Assembly (NCBI RefSeq): GCF_009914755.1
Contig: NC_060926.1
DNA: 64,000 nucleotides
Origin: the human T2T-CHM13v2.0 reference genome, Homo sapiens
Reading direction: 5' to 3' (one strand)
Shown piece after piece: positions 1 through 11,256 of this stretch. The position numbers and the translations under genes are program-made. The notes beneath the pieces are model-generated. The model made no database searches. It was not told the DNA's origin and saw only the letters and a list, made by a program, of their open reading frames with translations. Position 1 is the stretch's first letter, and each line of letters opens with the position of its first letter.

Positions 1-700
1 CTCCTTCCCCCACTCGAAAGGCTGAGGCTGGCGAAGCCCCGGCTTCTCTCGCGCTTCGGGCTGCTGGCTTGGTGGCACCACGCTCACACTCGCTGGCCCG
101 CTGAACGCCCCTGGGCCTGTCCGCCGCAGTATCTGGCGGCGCGCTTCGGGGTCCGGCAGCGAGCGGACAGGGCTCTGAGCGCAGGGCCGGGGTTGGGACA
201 GGAGTGGGCTTGGGGACCAGGCACGCCCCACCGAGATGGGGAGGCGCGCAGCTCCCCGTCCCTTGCAGACCGACTCCCAGCTCCCCTGCGTAGCCTCTCC
301 CGTTTTCCCCCTTTGTGGTGCGGACTACCGGGGCGTCCTTGGGGTGGGGCGGTGCCCGGGTCCCGCCCCCTCGACCCCGCCCGGAGGGGGAGGTGCCGGG
401 GCCGGGGGCGCTCCAGCCAGCCTCCGCCTCCGACTGAGGGCTGCCGGGAAGCCGGCTGGGCTCGCTGGGTTTTTGCTCCTGTCGCCAGATAACGCCCGGA
501 GCCTGATTTATGGACCCTCCACTCTGCCGGCAGGCGAGCACCGCTTCTTTTCGGGCCGGAGATATTTGTAAAGGAAAGACGTTTCCTCCCTGGCTGTAGT
601 CGATTTGGAGCATCAGGAGTTTGTGCAAAGCCACCAATACCCGCACTCGCTTGCCTCCTCCGGGCACCCACCTCCTCCTCTGGCCGAAGTTTGCCGGCCT
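1..700. promoter_or_regulatory. CpG island downstream of GBX2
   Basis: Very high GC and CpG density. Confidence 0.75.
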
Positions 701-964
701 ACTAGGTATCGATTAGGCTGTGCAAAAGGGGGAGATAGATTTCTAAGGTGAGAATTAGGTTTTCTTAAATTCGTAATCCTATCGGCCCTCTTGCCCTCCT
801 ATTTTAAACCTGGCAAAGTGCTGGGTGGCTCAAGTCCAGGATGCCTAAGGAGACCTGTTTCAGGGGACGTTTCTCCAGTACTGGTCCCAGACCAGTTGCC
901 CGGCCACACCCTGGCAGTGCCCGGGACGGTCAAATTCTGGACACACTTATGAGGCCCAGGGATT

Positions 965-1640
965 GGTCTTTTTCCCCCCCTCTCTCCTTTTTATTATTCA
1001 CAAGACTGAAATTGTTTAAATGTCATAACTTATAAGAAAATAAGCTACATTGAAATAAATTAACACAACGGAGACGTGCTTCACATGGCTCAGATAGGAT
1101 AGGCAACCCCAGGGGAAACCAAAGCCAGGCAAAAGCAAAGCAAAGCAAAGCGAATTTCCAGGCTGCCTAACAATGTCTGCTTTTCAGTCAACTCAAAAAG
1201 CCAGAACGCAAACCAAAATCAGTTTAAACCCCAGTGCTTGTTCTTGGGTTTCACGTTTACCTTTGGAAAAGTATGGAAAGGTGGCTGCTAACCGCGCAGA
1301 TTACAGCAGAGGTTTTGTTTTCTTCTGGAATGAGTGGAGAAATTACTGGGTAATTAAGTCCTATAACTTTCAAAATACTGCAGCTGAGATCCAGTCTATA
1401 GAGATATTTATGTACAAAGTAGGATAGTATAATAAATATTTAGCGTGTCTTCTGGTGTGGCTGTAAGCCCCTTCAAAAGCAGTCTTTTAAGCCCATTTAG
1501 TGAATATATTCTCAATTTGCTTGGGATGGCCACAGCTGGGCTGTGACTTTGTTGCTTCAAACACAGTGGAGTCCACCATGGGTTCCCTCGGGTGCGGGGG
1601 CTTCTCCAGGTGGGTGCCAGGCCCTGGCCCTTCTGGACCC
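965..1640 (-). other. GBX2: GBX2 3' UTR (3' end approximate)
   Basis: AT-rich segment after the stop codon, ending at an AATAAA; contains a Pumilio element (1409-1416) and (CTTTG)n at 1131-1151. Confidence 0.75.
990..995 (-). terminator. GBX2: Probable GBX2 polyadenylation signal AATAAA
   Basis: Plus-strand tttatt at 990-995, ~650 nt downstream of the stop. Confidence 0.7.
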
Positions 1641-2164
1641 TCAGGGCCGGGCCTGTTCTAGCTGCTGATGCTGACTTCTGATAGCGAACCTGCTGACGTG
1701 GACAGGGATGGGGACGACGATCTTAGGGTTCCGGGAGGGCTCCCCTGTCTTGGAATTGGCATTGCCTGCCTTCACCCGTTTCCACTTGGCCCGTCGGTTC
1801 TGGAACCAGATTTTCACCTGCACCTCGCTGAGTTTGAGGGCGTGGGCGATCTGCGAGCGCTCGGTCAAGGAGAGGTACTTTTTGCAGTGGAACTCCTTCT
1901 CTAGCTCCAGCAGCTGCTCGCTGGTGAAGGCAGTCCGCCGCCGCCGGTTCTTGCCCGTAGACGTGGTGCTGCCCGCGGCGCCGCTGCTCGGCGGGGTCTC
2001 CTCCAGCGCGTGGCCCGGGTCTTCCTCCTTGTGAGCTGCCTGGCCAGTCAGATTGTCATCCGAGCTGTAGTCCACATCGCTCTCCAGCGAGAAGCTCTCC
2101 TCCTTGCCCTTCGGGTCGTCTTCCACCTTTGACTCGTCTTTCCCTTGCCCTCGGACAGCCCCGA
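1641..2164 (-). CDS. GBX2: GBX2 coding exon 2, 524 nt: homeodomain at ~1770-1949 and C-terminal [11 protein letters not shown]
   Basis: Acceptor tttcag| (plus ctg 2165-2167); splicing gives QASL-VGAVRG; RRRRTAF...[11 protein letters not shown] homeodomain; TGA at 1643-1641; 523+524=1047 nt = 348 aa + stop. Confidence 0.98.
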
Positions 2165-3175
2165 CTGAAAGCAAAACCAAACGGCATTTTATTACATTTC
2201 GCACACTGGCCTTCCTTTCTCCTTCCCACCGTCATTTGGACATTCCGCGCCCCCCGCCCCCCACCCTTTAGCGGATTGTCTTTCTATGACATTAACACAT
2301 TGTGATTTCCTGGCCTTTGAGGGGTAGAGGAGGGGTGGGGGGAGCGTGAGAAAGCTCAAAGGAGAGGAGGCAGTACAGGCGACGGCCCTTTGCCCAGAAC
2401 CATCACTCAAAGGGCCGCCATGCCTCCCCCGCACCCTCCCAGCCTCGGCAGCGTCAGGAGAAGTAGCAGGAGGCGCGAGGCCCAAGAGATTGCCCGCTTT
2501 GTCCCTGGGGTGGGGACTGGTTGAGGACTGATGGGGGGATTCACGATTCATCCTCCCCCCACCGCCACCATGAAAATGTAGTGAACCTCAATTGCTTCCT
2601 AACCGGAGTGGAGGCGTAGGGACGTGCAGATCCCAGACCATCTTTTTTGAGACAGACAACGTTGGTCAAAGGGATGTTTTGTGGCCTTATAAGTTCCCAC
2701 CAGACACCCCCAACACAAACACACAGGCACAGCCTCCCAGCAGTCCGTTTCTCCCAGACAAGTAGCAAGACCAGCGAAGGGGTTTAAAAAGTCTGGGCGC
2801 CCCTGGGCACACGCACGGCTGAGACGCGCAGCCCAACCCGTCTCCCCTAGAGGCTGCAACCTACCCGGAACCCCAGGTCACCGCGGAGCGGCAGAGGCGG
2901 CCTCGGCCAAACGCATCGTCAGATAGATATGTGGCCCAGGGCAGCAGCTGGTCGCCGGGCGCTAAACGCCCCCCCTCCCGAGACCCCGCTTGTTGGGTGG
3001 CTCTGAATGTCCCCCGGAGGCCCAGCGGCACAGCCGGGCCTCATCCTCCAGCTCCTCCCGCGGGGGTCGAGCGGGGGCGCGGCCTCGCCCCCTTGGTCTC
3101 CCGCGGGAACCCGGCGCTGGCCCGCCCCCGCCTCCTCCCGCCCCCTCGTCCCGGCTGCGCGCGCCGCCGACTCAC
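2165..3175 (-). other. GBX2: GBX2 intron (1011 nt, GT-AG)
   Basis: Canonical donor and acceptor that keep the reading frame. Confidence 0.95.
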
Positions 3176-3698
3176 CGAGCGAAGCCTGCACCGTCTCGGC
3201 CGCGGAGAAGGCGAGCAGCGAGCCCTCTTTGGCCAGGAAGCCTTTGCCGTCCTCCGCGTCAGCCTGCAGCGCCTCCGCCTTGTCGAAGTTACCGCCGCCG
3301 GGCAGCGGCTGCGGCGCGAACTTGCGGGCCGCTGCCGCCTCCTGGTGCTGGGGCGACGCGGAGAAGCCGCCGGGGAGCGTGGCCATGAGCGTAGAGGTGA
3401 GCGCCATGCCCTGCGCCAGGCTGGAGCAGAAGCCTGTGGGCAGGCTGGGGATCTGGTGGTGAGGGTGTGCGGGCGGCAGCGCTGGCTGCAGCGCGGCCTG
3501 GGGCAGCGCGGGCGGCGGCGGCGGCGGCGGCGGCAGCACTACCGGCCGGTAGGGCATGAACATGGGGTAGCCGGTGTAGACGAAATGGCCGGGGCTGGGC
3601 TGCGGCGGGCTGCCGATCAGCGAGTCTATGCTGAAGGCGGTGCTACTCCCCAGCGGGCGCTGCATCATCATCAGCGACGGCGGGAACGCTGCGCTCAT
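3176..3698 (-). CDS. GBX2: GBX2 (gastrulation brain homeobox 2) coding exon 1, 523 nt: eh1 motif FSIDSLI (3615-3635) and poly-Pro tract
   Basis: ATG at 3698-3696 starts MSAAFPPSLMMMQRPLGSSTAFSIDSLIG; donor G|GTGAGT (plus ctcac 3171-3175); phase 1; translation matches human GBX2 as I recall it. Confidence 0.98.
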
Positions 3699-4079
3699 AG
3701 ACGCGCTCGGTAGAGGCCAGCGAGAGGCGAAAAGTCCCCGCGCCGCGCCGCCGCCGGGAAGCCCGCCGGACGCCGGGAGCACCGCCGGGAGCGCCGGGCA
3801 GGGGCCGAGCGGGACCCGGAGAGCAGACGCCTCCGCCCCTCAGTCCTGGGCCCGCTGCATGCCGGGCGGGTGCAGGGGGTGTGCGGGGTGAGGCCGTGCG
3901 CCCCGGAGTGGAGAGGGCGCCCGGGCCCCGAGGGCTCGCCGGAGCCCCCGTCCGCCGCTTGCCCGTCGGAGCCCGCGCGCTTCGCGGGTTTGGCCCTCGG
4001 CCCCGGTAAGCTGCCGTCCGTCCGTCCGTCCCGCCGTCCGTCGCCTCCCGCGGGCCGCTGGGGAGCGCGCGAAGCCGGC

Positions 4080-4245
4080 GTACTTATCTCCGGCGGGCGC
4101 AGCCAGCACCTTTAAATCGCGCTCCTCTTTCTCATTCACATTTTGCCTGCCGCCTGGCCCGGCTCGCCTCACGTGGGGCTGGGCGCCTCTGGCCATTGGC
4201 TGAGCGGGGCGGGGGTGGGGCGAAAGCGGGGCCCCGCCCTTTCCA
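4080..4245 (-). promoter_or_regulatory. GBX2: GBX2 proximal promoter: TATA-like TTTAAA (4111-4116), E-box CACGTG (4170-4175), CCAAT (4195-4199), GC boxes (4203-4240)
   Basis: Ordered TATA-like/CCAAT/Sp1 arrangement on the minus strand upstream of a GC-rich 5' UTR; TSS inferred near 4085. Confidence 0.7.
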
Positions 4246-7200
4246 CCCAAGCTGGCCTCGAGCGGGCTGCGGGCGCCACCGTCGGAGCGCGCGGGCCGGG
4301 GAGCCGGAGCCTGCATGCCTAGCCCGTGCCGCGCAAACTTGAGACGGGCGGATGGCACCTCCAAGGCTCGGACCTTGGGGCCCTGCAGCCTTGTCGAGGC
4401 CACCTCGAAGGGTAGCCTCCGGGGCCCGCACCCCCACGGCTGGGCCGGGGGCGCTTTATTTCTTTTACTGTATTTGCCATGGAACCAACCTGCCTGCGGC
4501 TCACTCCAGCGCTGGGTGCTCCGGCTGCGCCTGGGGTCCGGGCGAGGGTCCTGGAGTTGGGGGCAGGGTCCTGCCCCTCCGGAGCCACCCCCGGGGCGAA
4601 GGCTGGGAGCTGGCAGCGCCTGCCCGCCGCCAGAAACCCGCCGGGTTGCTCGCTGTAGGTCCGCGCACCGGGTGGGGCGGGGAGGCTGCTGCTTCCCCCA
4701 TCCCGGGCTGGGCCCTCCCGTGAGCGATCCCGTCTCTCATTTTTCATGACATTCTTAATCATCGCACCTATTTACACACTTTGCCAGCGCGCACCAAAAT
4801 AACAACCACGATAATTATGATAATAAAGAGAGTCCTTTATCTGCTCCATCCTCGGGGAGGAAGGGGGGAGTTGCTGTGCCTCCAGATTGTATAACGTGAG
4901 ATTATCCTGATGAAAGCTTTATGATGTTTGCTCAAATAAAAGCTGCGTTTTGTAAATAGGCGCTAATTAAGCACGTTGCGAACGCAAGGAGTGCTCACCC
5001 TGGCGCCGCCGCCCGGTTTCCAGCGCGAGGACTCGAGGGCGCGCGGTTCCTCTTTGCTAACTGCAGGATGGAGCCGATCCCCTCAGGATGTTTCCCCTGT
5101 TCTCGACAACGGTAAAGACCCCCAAATTTGAAAGTAAGGGAATTTTGGGGTGGAGGGAAACTAGGGACGTACTTATCCCCTCTTCCATTTTCAAACAAAA
5201 AACTTTCAGCTCTTGTCTTCCCTTTAAAAATGGAATCACTTCTTGACAACGGCAGACCGTGCAGAGCGCACCAGCGCGAGCGGGGCTTCCTCGAGTCTCC
5301 AAGGCCCGGGCTTCAACTTCCCGGGTCTAGACGTCAGCCCTGAACCGCCAACAGCACCGGGTTGGGGAGAAGGAAAGAAGGGCATTGTTAGTTCGGTCAT
5401 TAAAAATCAGCTCACGCCGAGGAGCTAGTGGTTGGGGAGTTGGCCCGTGTTGGACGTGTGTTATGTATCACTTACAAGCACATTTAATTGGGAGATAAAG
5501 ATAAATCGATCTTTATGAATTTATCGACCCGATTCTTTGAAGCTCTTTTTTCGCGTTCTTCCTCTTTCTCTCGCTCTAGCCCCAAGGCCCCCCGGGGGAC
5601 GTCTTAATCCCAGATCAGCTCCTCTGCCAGGAGTCCCGCCGGAGACCCACTGCCCACCCAGCAGACCTGGAGGAAAGAGGGGAGGGTGTGTCCTTGGCGC
5701 CCCGGGACGCTGGGAAAACTCGCTGGTCCGCCGCCAGCCCTCTCCTCCTCCTCGCCTCCTCCCTCCCTACCACCACCCGGACAAAGACGTCTCGATCGCG
5801 TTTCCCCACTCCAGGCCGCAGTAATAGATCGCTCCGGCAGCAGGCGGTTTGAAAGGAATTCATTAGGACGCTGCCTGGATTGCCTCCCCTGACTTCACGC
5901 CCAGACCCCGAGGTGGCTTAGGCAGTGTGAGGGGAAATGAATTCCCTTTGGGATCCATGGAGAAGGAGGTGTCTGTGGGATCTCCAGGCTCTATCCCTCC
6001 TTCTTCACTCCCAGAAAAGAAGAAAAAGAAAAAAAAAATCGAAGCCCAGGGCAAAAGGCTGATATCTTTATGAGCATAATAAATACTCCCCCTCATTATG
6101 AGATAGTTACAGTGACACAGCCTTGGGTGCCATTACCCTGTTTTTTGAATACTAAGAAACGCTCCATTCCTTCCTTGATTTACGTGGCTACAGCCGGGGC
6201 CCTTCCGGCTTGCCACTGACATGCCGGGGGAAGCTGTTATTCATTTTACCTAGGCAGGTTTGCCATGCACTTTGCTATTTCGCCGCAAAAATATTGTTCT
6301 AGGGACTTTTGTCGCCTGATTACCCTCTGAGAGGCAGGGATTCCTTTGATTATTTTGGTGATTATTCTACATTTAAAGTTCAGCAAGAAGATTTAGGTCC
6401 GTCGAATTATAGCTGCACTTGAAATAATTTGATGGCATGTTATTTGCATCCATAAATTGCCATAGCAAGTATTGACTGCAGGGGTTATAATACTAATCTT
6501 TTATTAGTGAGTTCAGATAATTCCCATCAATATGAATTTTATTTACTAGTGCCTTTTTCGCAAATGCAATGCAGTAATACTTTCTCATCTAATGCTTAGC
6601 TGCTTAGAAAACGACTGTTCGTGTCATAAAAGGATCCTTGTGTTTCGGCGTGATTAACAAGATGCATTCGGGGCACCTCAGCTACCTGCAAAGCGTTCAG
6701 AGCGTGGGGACTGCGGATAATAAAAGCCTTTAGAGTTTTTCCTCGGCTCCTCGGATAGATTTATGGACAGGAGCGATAGATGCATGGCTTATCCATCCTC
6801 CGGATTCCTACCTGCTTAGCTCGTAACAGCCTCAAACTGCAGAGTCCTCCGTGACTCAGCTCGGCCCAGTCTACGCGGGAAAATCACCGGGCACAGATGT
6901 TTGCAACTTGGTCCCCTCCCCCCTCCAATTAGGAAAAATGAAGGGCGCACCCGAAGGGAGAGCTGGGTCCTCCAACTCCAGTTAACTTCGTGAACTTCCC
7001 TCCCCTCTTCCCCCCTAGATGAAGATAGCTCAGCCCCTGGGCACTTCACTCGACAGGTGCTAGGCTAGTGTCAGGTTCAGATGATGCCACTTAAAACCTC
7101 AGACATTCCGAAAAAGTGATGGTAATTAAGTTGGCCCCTCGCTTCGGGGTTGTCCCAGGCTGCGCTTGCATGCAGATGTATGAAGGTTGAGGGTGAAATA

Positions 7201-8379
7201 GAAAACGCACAAGTAAATGAATATTCATGCAGCAAACTTGTGCTGGCCTGCCCAGCCCAGCCCAGCCCAATCCGGAGGAGGAAGCACCGCGAATGGCGCG
7301 CTTCGCTGCCGCCGCCAGAGTCGAGGTAACGGGTGGTCGTGGAGAGGGTACGGTGTGGCCACCCGTGGTCTCGGAGGACGCGGGGAATCCTGCGGGCCTC
7401 GAGGGTCTGGCGCTCCCGCCAGTCGCCCAGTCCTAGGCGACAGGCTGGTTTCTCGGGCAACCGAGTTGTTTTTATTTACAGGGATTTTGAGAAGCCCGAT
7501 CGTTTGGTCATTGCCGCAGCTCTTGCTCCTGGCAATAGTTGGGAAATAACTTGGGATGGGTTTTATTTATGGAAGGGCAATTGGGATTCACACCCAGCTA
7601 ACCCTGAACAGTCCCTCCCGAGCCCAGGACGCACTTACAAAGGGGCGCTTGTGTAAAATTCCCCATCAGACACACTAATTTGCAAGTAGCAGAAAGCATT
7701 GAAGCCTCATCTTTTTAAACATTTTATTCAGCTTTTTTTTTTTTTTAATCTGAAAGCCCAAAATAGACTCCATGTGGTTCTAAGTGAAGTCAGCCCTTGG
7801 CTGGCTTTGAAATAGCTCCTGCAATTATGTAAAAGAGCCATTCACCAACAGGACGGAATTAAAAGGGATCTCGCCCGCTTCCCTTTCATTGCCAACCTCT
7901 CATGTTTGGCTTTTCAAAGCACTTCCAACACGATGTCTTTCTCCAGGACAAAAGGCAGAACAAAAAAAGTCCCCAAACTTGTAAATTGAACGTCAAGGGA
8001 ACTTTAAACAATTTAAAGCCCATAAATAATGATAAAGGGGACTGGCAAAAAAGGCAAACCCATTCAATTAATAGAGTTTCCCAAGCAAAGATCAAGTGGT
8101 TTATAAAATAAAAGTCTTTGGTTTCATTATTCTGCTCCTTGACCATGCAGAAAGCAGGACAGGGGGTTTTCTAAAGCTCCCTGAAGAAGAAACACTTTGC
8201 GGGACTGTGTGTGCTGCGACATTCTTATGTAGAAACTTTGCTTTTTGTCCCCCACCCTCAAAGTAGCAGAAACAAAACAACCGCAAAATAGAAATGTGAA
8301 GGGGAGGGGCTTTTCTTCTTCTTCATTTCCTCCTGGGAGTTGAAAAATGTTATCCGCAGGCCTGAAGGCTGGGAAACGT

Positions 8380-9720
8380 GACCCTTCACACCTGCGCCGC
8401 CCTCTCCACTCCAGCGACGAGGAACAGGAGGAGCCACAGCCGCTCGGCCCGCGAGGCGAGCCCTCGTGGCATCTGGGAATGGGAGGGTGGGGGTGGAATG
8501 CTACACAGCCCCGGAGCCCCTGGGGCGGCGGGCGCTGTCGCGCCGACGGCGCACCCGGCGAGCGTTGCGTGCGCTTGGAGCCCGGGACTACCCCAACTCC
8601 ACGCGGAACTCGGCTCCCCCGGCCGGGATCCAGATGTCCGAGGGCGCTTGCGGGTGTCCTAGTTCTTTTTCAGAGCAGCCGTAACGATTGAGGCTGGGGA
8701 GTTCAAGACCACTGGGGGTAACTGATCGCCCATCGCCCTTCGTCCTGGAAGCCCAGCGCCCGCGCTCACCGCGCGTCTCTCCGGGAGCACCTAGCCAGGC
8801 AAAGGGGGATTCTCCGTGGGGACTGAGGCGTACGCCCGCCCCGGGGCTCCCGGCTTGGGAAGAGGGAGCACCAGGCGAAGGCCAGGCTGGGGGCTCGGGT
8901 CCAAGGGCTGCAGCTGTGCGGGCGGAGGCCGGGGGTGCGGGCGGGAGTGGTGTCCCCTTGTGTCCTGCCCGGGTCTGGCTCCGGCCGGGGTTCTGGAGGC
9001 CGCGTCCGTCGGCGAACCCCAGCCCTTGGAGTGTTGGGGAGGGAGACGCCGGCCGCCAGGCGCTTCTCACCTGGGTTTATCTCCTCCCATCTGCTCCCTC
9101 GGATTCCCGAGGCCCCACCTTTCGGGGACTTCAAACGCGCCCTGCCACCCGGTGCCCGGCTTTCATCTCCCGCACAGCAGGCATTGTTTGCGGGACTTCA
9201 CAGAGATGCTAATCCCCGGGCCGCGTGAACCGCGGCCTGGGAACCGGGCAGAGGGCACGGAGGGGTGAGGGGGTGCGCTTTGGCCTGGGCTGGGGACCTT
9301 CGGGATGGCCTCTCGGGCAGCCCTCCTGAGGAGCCCGGGTCTGCTACCGTGCGGGCGCCGCATCCCGCCTGCCTCGTCCTGGAAGGCTGCGGGCACGTCG
9401 CAATGGGCCTGGGCTGGACGCAGCCAGCGTCCAACACACGGAGAAGGAAGAAGCAGAGGCCAGAGACGATGGCCGGCGCTTAGCTGTGAGCCCCATGAGC
9501 TTCCAATGCTCGCCAGGAGACCGTGTGTCTAGGAGAGGCAGGCCATGGACCCTATGAGTCTTCCCTGGAGGCTGGAACCCCCCGGGACTCCTGGACACCC
9601 CAAACCAAGTCCCCAGCCGCTGCCTCCACGACGGCCCCGACCCCCTTCAGGGAAGTAGTATTTTAAAGAGGATGCGGTCTGCCCGGAGGGCACGCATTTA
9701 ACCCTTTAGAAACCGCGCTG
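8380..9720. promoter_or_regulatory. Orphan CpG island upstream of GBX2
   Basis: CpG-rich, non-repetitive, no credible ORF. Confidence 0.75.
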
Positions 9721-11209
9721 GAGGGAGCAGAAGGGTGTTGAATCAACAGCCATGCACACCAGGGGCACCCCTCCAACTTTAGCTTCTTCCGGGACCAAAT
9801 GAGCAGTGATTGCTGTAGCAAGAACTGTTTCTTCTTCCAGAAAATCCTGCAAAGCAGAGCCTGAATTTCCTCTGGTTATTTCCTCCTCCTGAAAAGAATG
9901 TCACAAGACAGGGGCACGGCGTTGGGTATGAATGGAAAGGAGAGATGTTGGCTAAATGGGGAGTGAGAATTGGAATGGCCTCTGTCACTTGTAACAAATG
10001 CCCCCAGGTGGAACTCCCAGGCGAAAGTCATTGTAAAAGTCATTCAAAAGTCATTGGAATTCCCAGGGAAACGTCACTCAGAAATAAGGTCTTCTGTAAA
10101 ACTCAAGGGTAGGTGTGTCTGTAACTGATCAACTAGCCCCATTGACATTGCTCTAAAGGATCCCTGTGCCTATCAGAGAAAGCTCCTTAGGGAAATCACC
10201 CTAACTGACGGACTTTTCCCAGGAGAGAACAGGAGGGGAGTGTGTGCTGATGCGAGGTGGTGGGGGGTCCATTCTGTTAACAAAAAAGTGAGGGCAACAG
10301 ATTCCCGTCCTTTAAAGAAAGTAAACAGGATCACTTCACTTAAAGTAGGGCACCAGACTTACAGAATCAGAGAAAAGAACACTTGCCCTGAAGCCAGCTG
10401 GGGCAGACACATTTCCTTATCGGAGGAGCATCCTAGGGTAGATCTTTGCTCTTGTTTGAGAGACTTGAAAGCCCTGGAGAACCAGAGCCAGTGATGACAG
10501 ACTCAACTGCCCCCACCCCCTTCAGGCTCTTGGAACCCTCACCTATCCTGGGCTCCAAGGTGGGCTGTGAGGTCATGGTCTCACAAGAGGCTGAGCCAGC
10601 TCCTGAGCCATGAGAAATGCAAGGTAGGCTGGGGCCATCTCAAACAGTTCCACAGTTAAGTCACACCTCCTGATCATTCTCTGCCACTGGCCAAGAAGGT
10701 CGGGATGAGTTCACAGGAAGGAGAGCCTCTTTGTTTTTAGATCTGCAATTGTTCCCAGTGCCTCAGGTTCTTTAAGTACACAGCCCCTTCTTGATGATTG
10801 CAGAAATAATTGGGAATGGTGACCTCCTTGGCCTTTGAAACCTTTGAGTTTCTTCCATTTATCATGGGAAAAAATACGGAGAACTCAATTTGCATGACTT
10901 TGCTGCAAACAATTACATCTCCCTATGGGTGTGGCCTGAAGTTCCCAAGCTTTAGAAAAAGAGGGAACCAAGAGTGAGGTCAGAGAACAAATCCAAAGAT
11001 CCCAAAGTATTTCCAGCGAGTGACCAAAAACTGCTAGAGTGTGTGTGAAATAAATAGGAACCTGAGGGAATGAGGAGAGAGTAATTCTTTGAGTCACAGT
11101 GGGAAAAATCCAGAAAATTGTTGGAATCCAGAATGCTGTCTCTCAGACATTCCTAGAGGACATTTCTGGGTTTTGTAGGAAATGAAAACATTTTGCATGG
11201 GGCATGTGG

Positions 11210-11212
<3 letters not shown>

Positions 11213-11254
<42 letters not shown>
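11213..11254. repeat. (GT)n microsatellite
   Basis: ~21 GT units. Confidence 0.95.

Positions 11255-11256
<2 letters not shown>

Larger units (their letters stand above)
2780..5900. promoter_or_regulatory. CpG island over GBX2 exon 1, promoter and upstream region
   Basis: Dense CpG and very high GC, interrupted by short AT-rich motif blocks. Confidence 0.85.

Noticed and set aside
1700-1730. GBX2 PKIVVP as a calcineurin PxIxIT-like docking motif
   Set aside because: Imperfect match (no terminal IT); more simply the conserved GBX-family C-terminal motif
2541-2859. Intronic ORFs as an alternative GBX2 exon
   Set aside because: A ctctag acceptor near 2847 would be in frame, but its pyrimidine tract is poor and I found no clear donor; unsupported without transcript data
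2919-3782. 287-aa ORF as the GBX2 product
   Set aside because: It starts at an upstream GTG and runs past the donor at 3175 into the intron; the spliced 348-aa product is the real CDS
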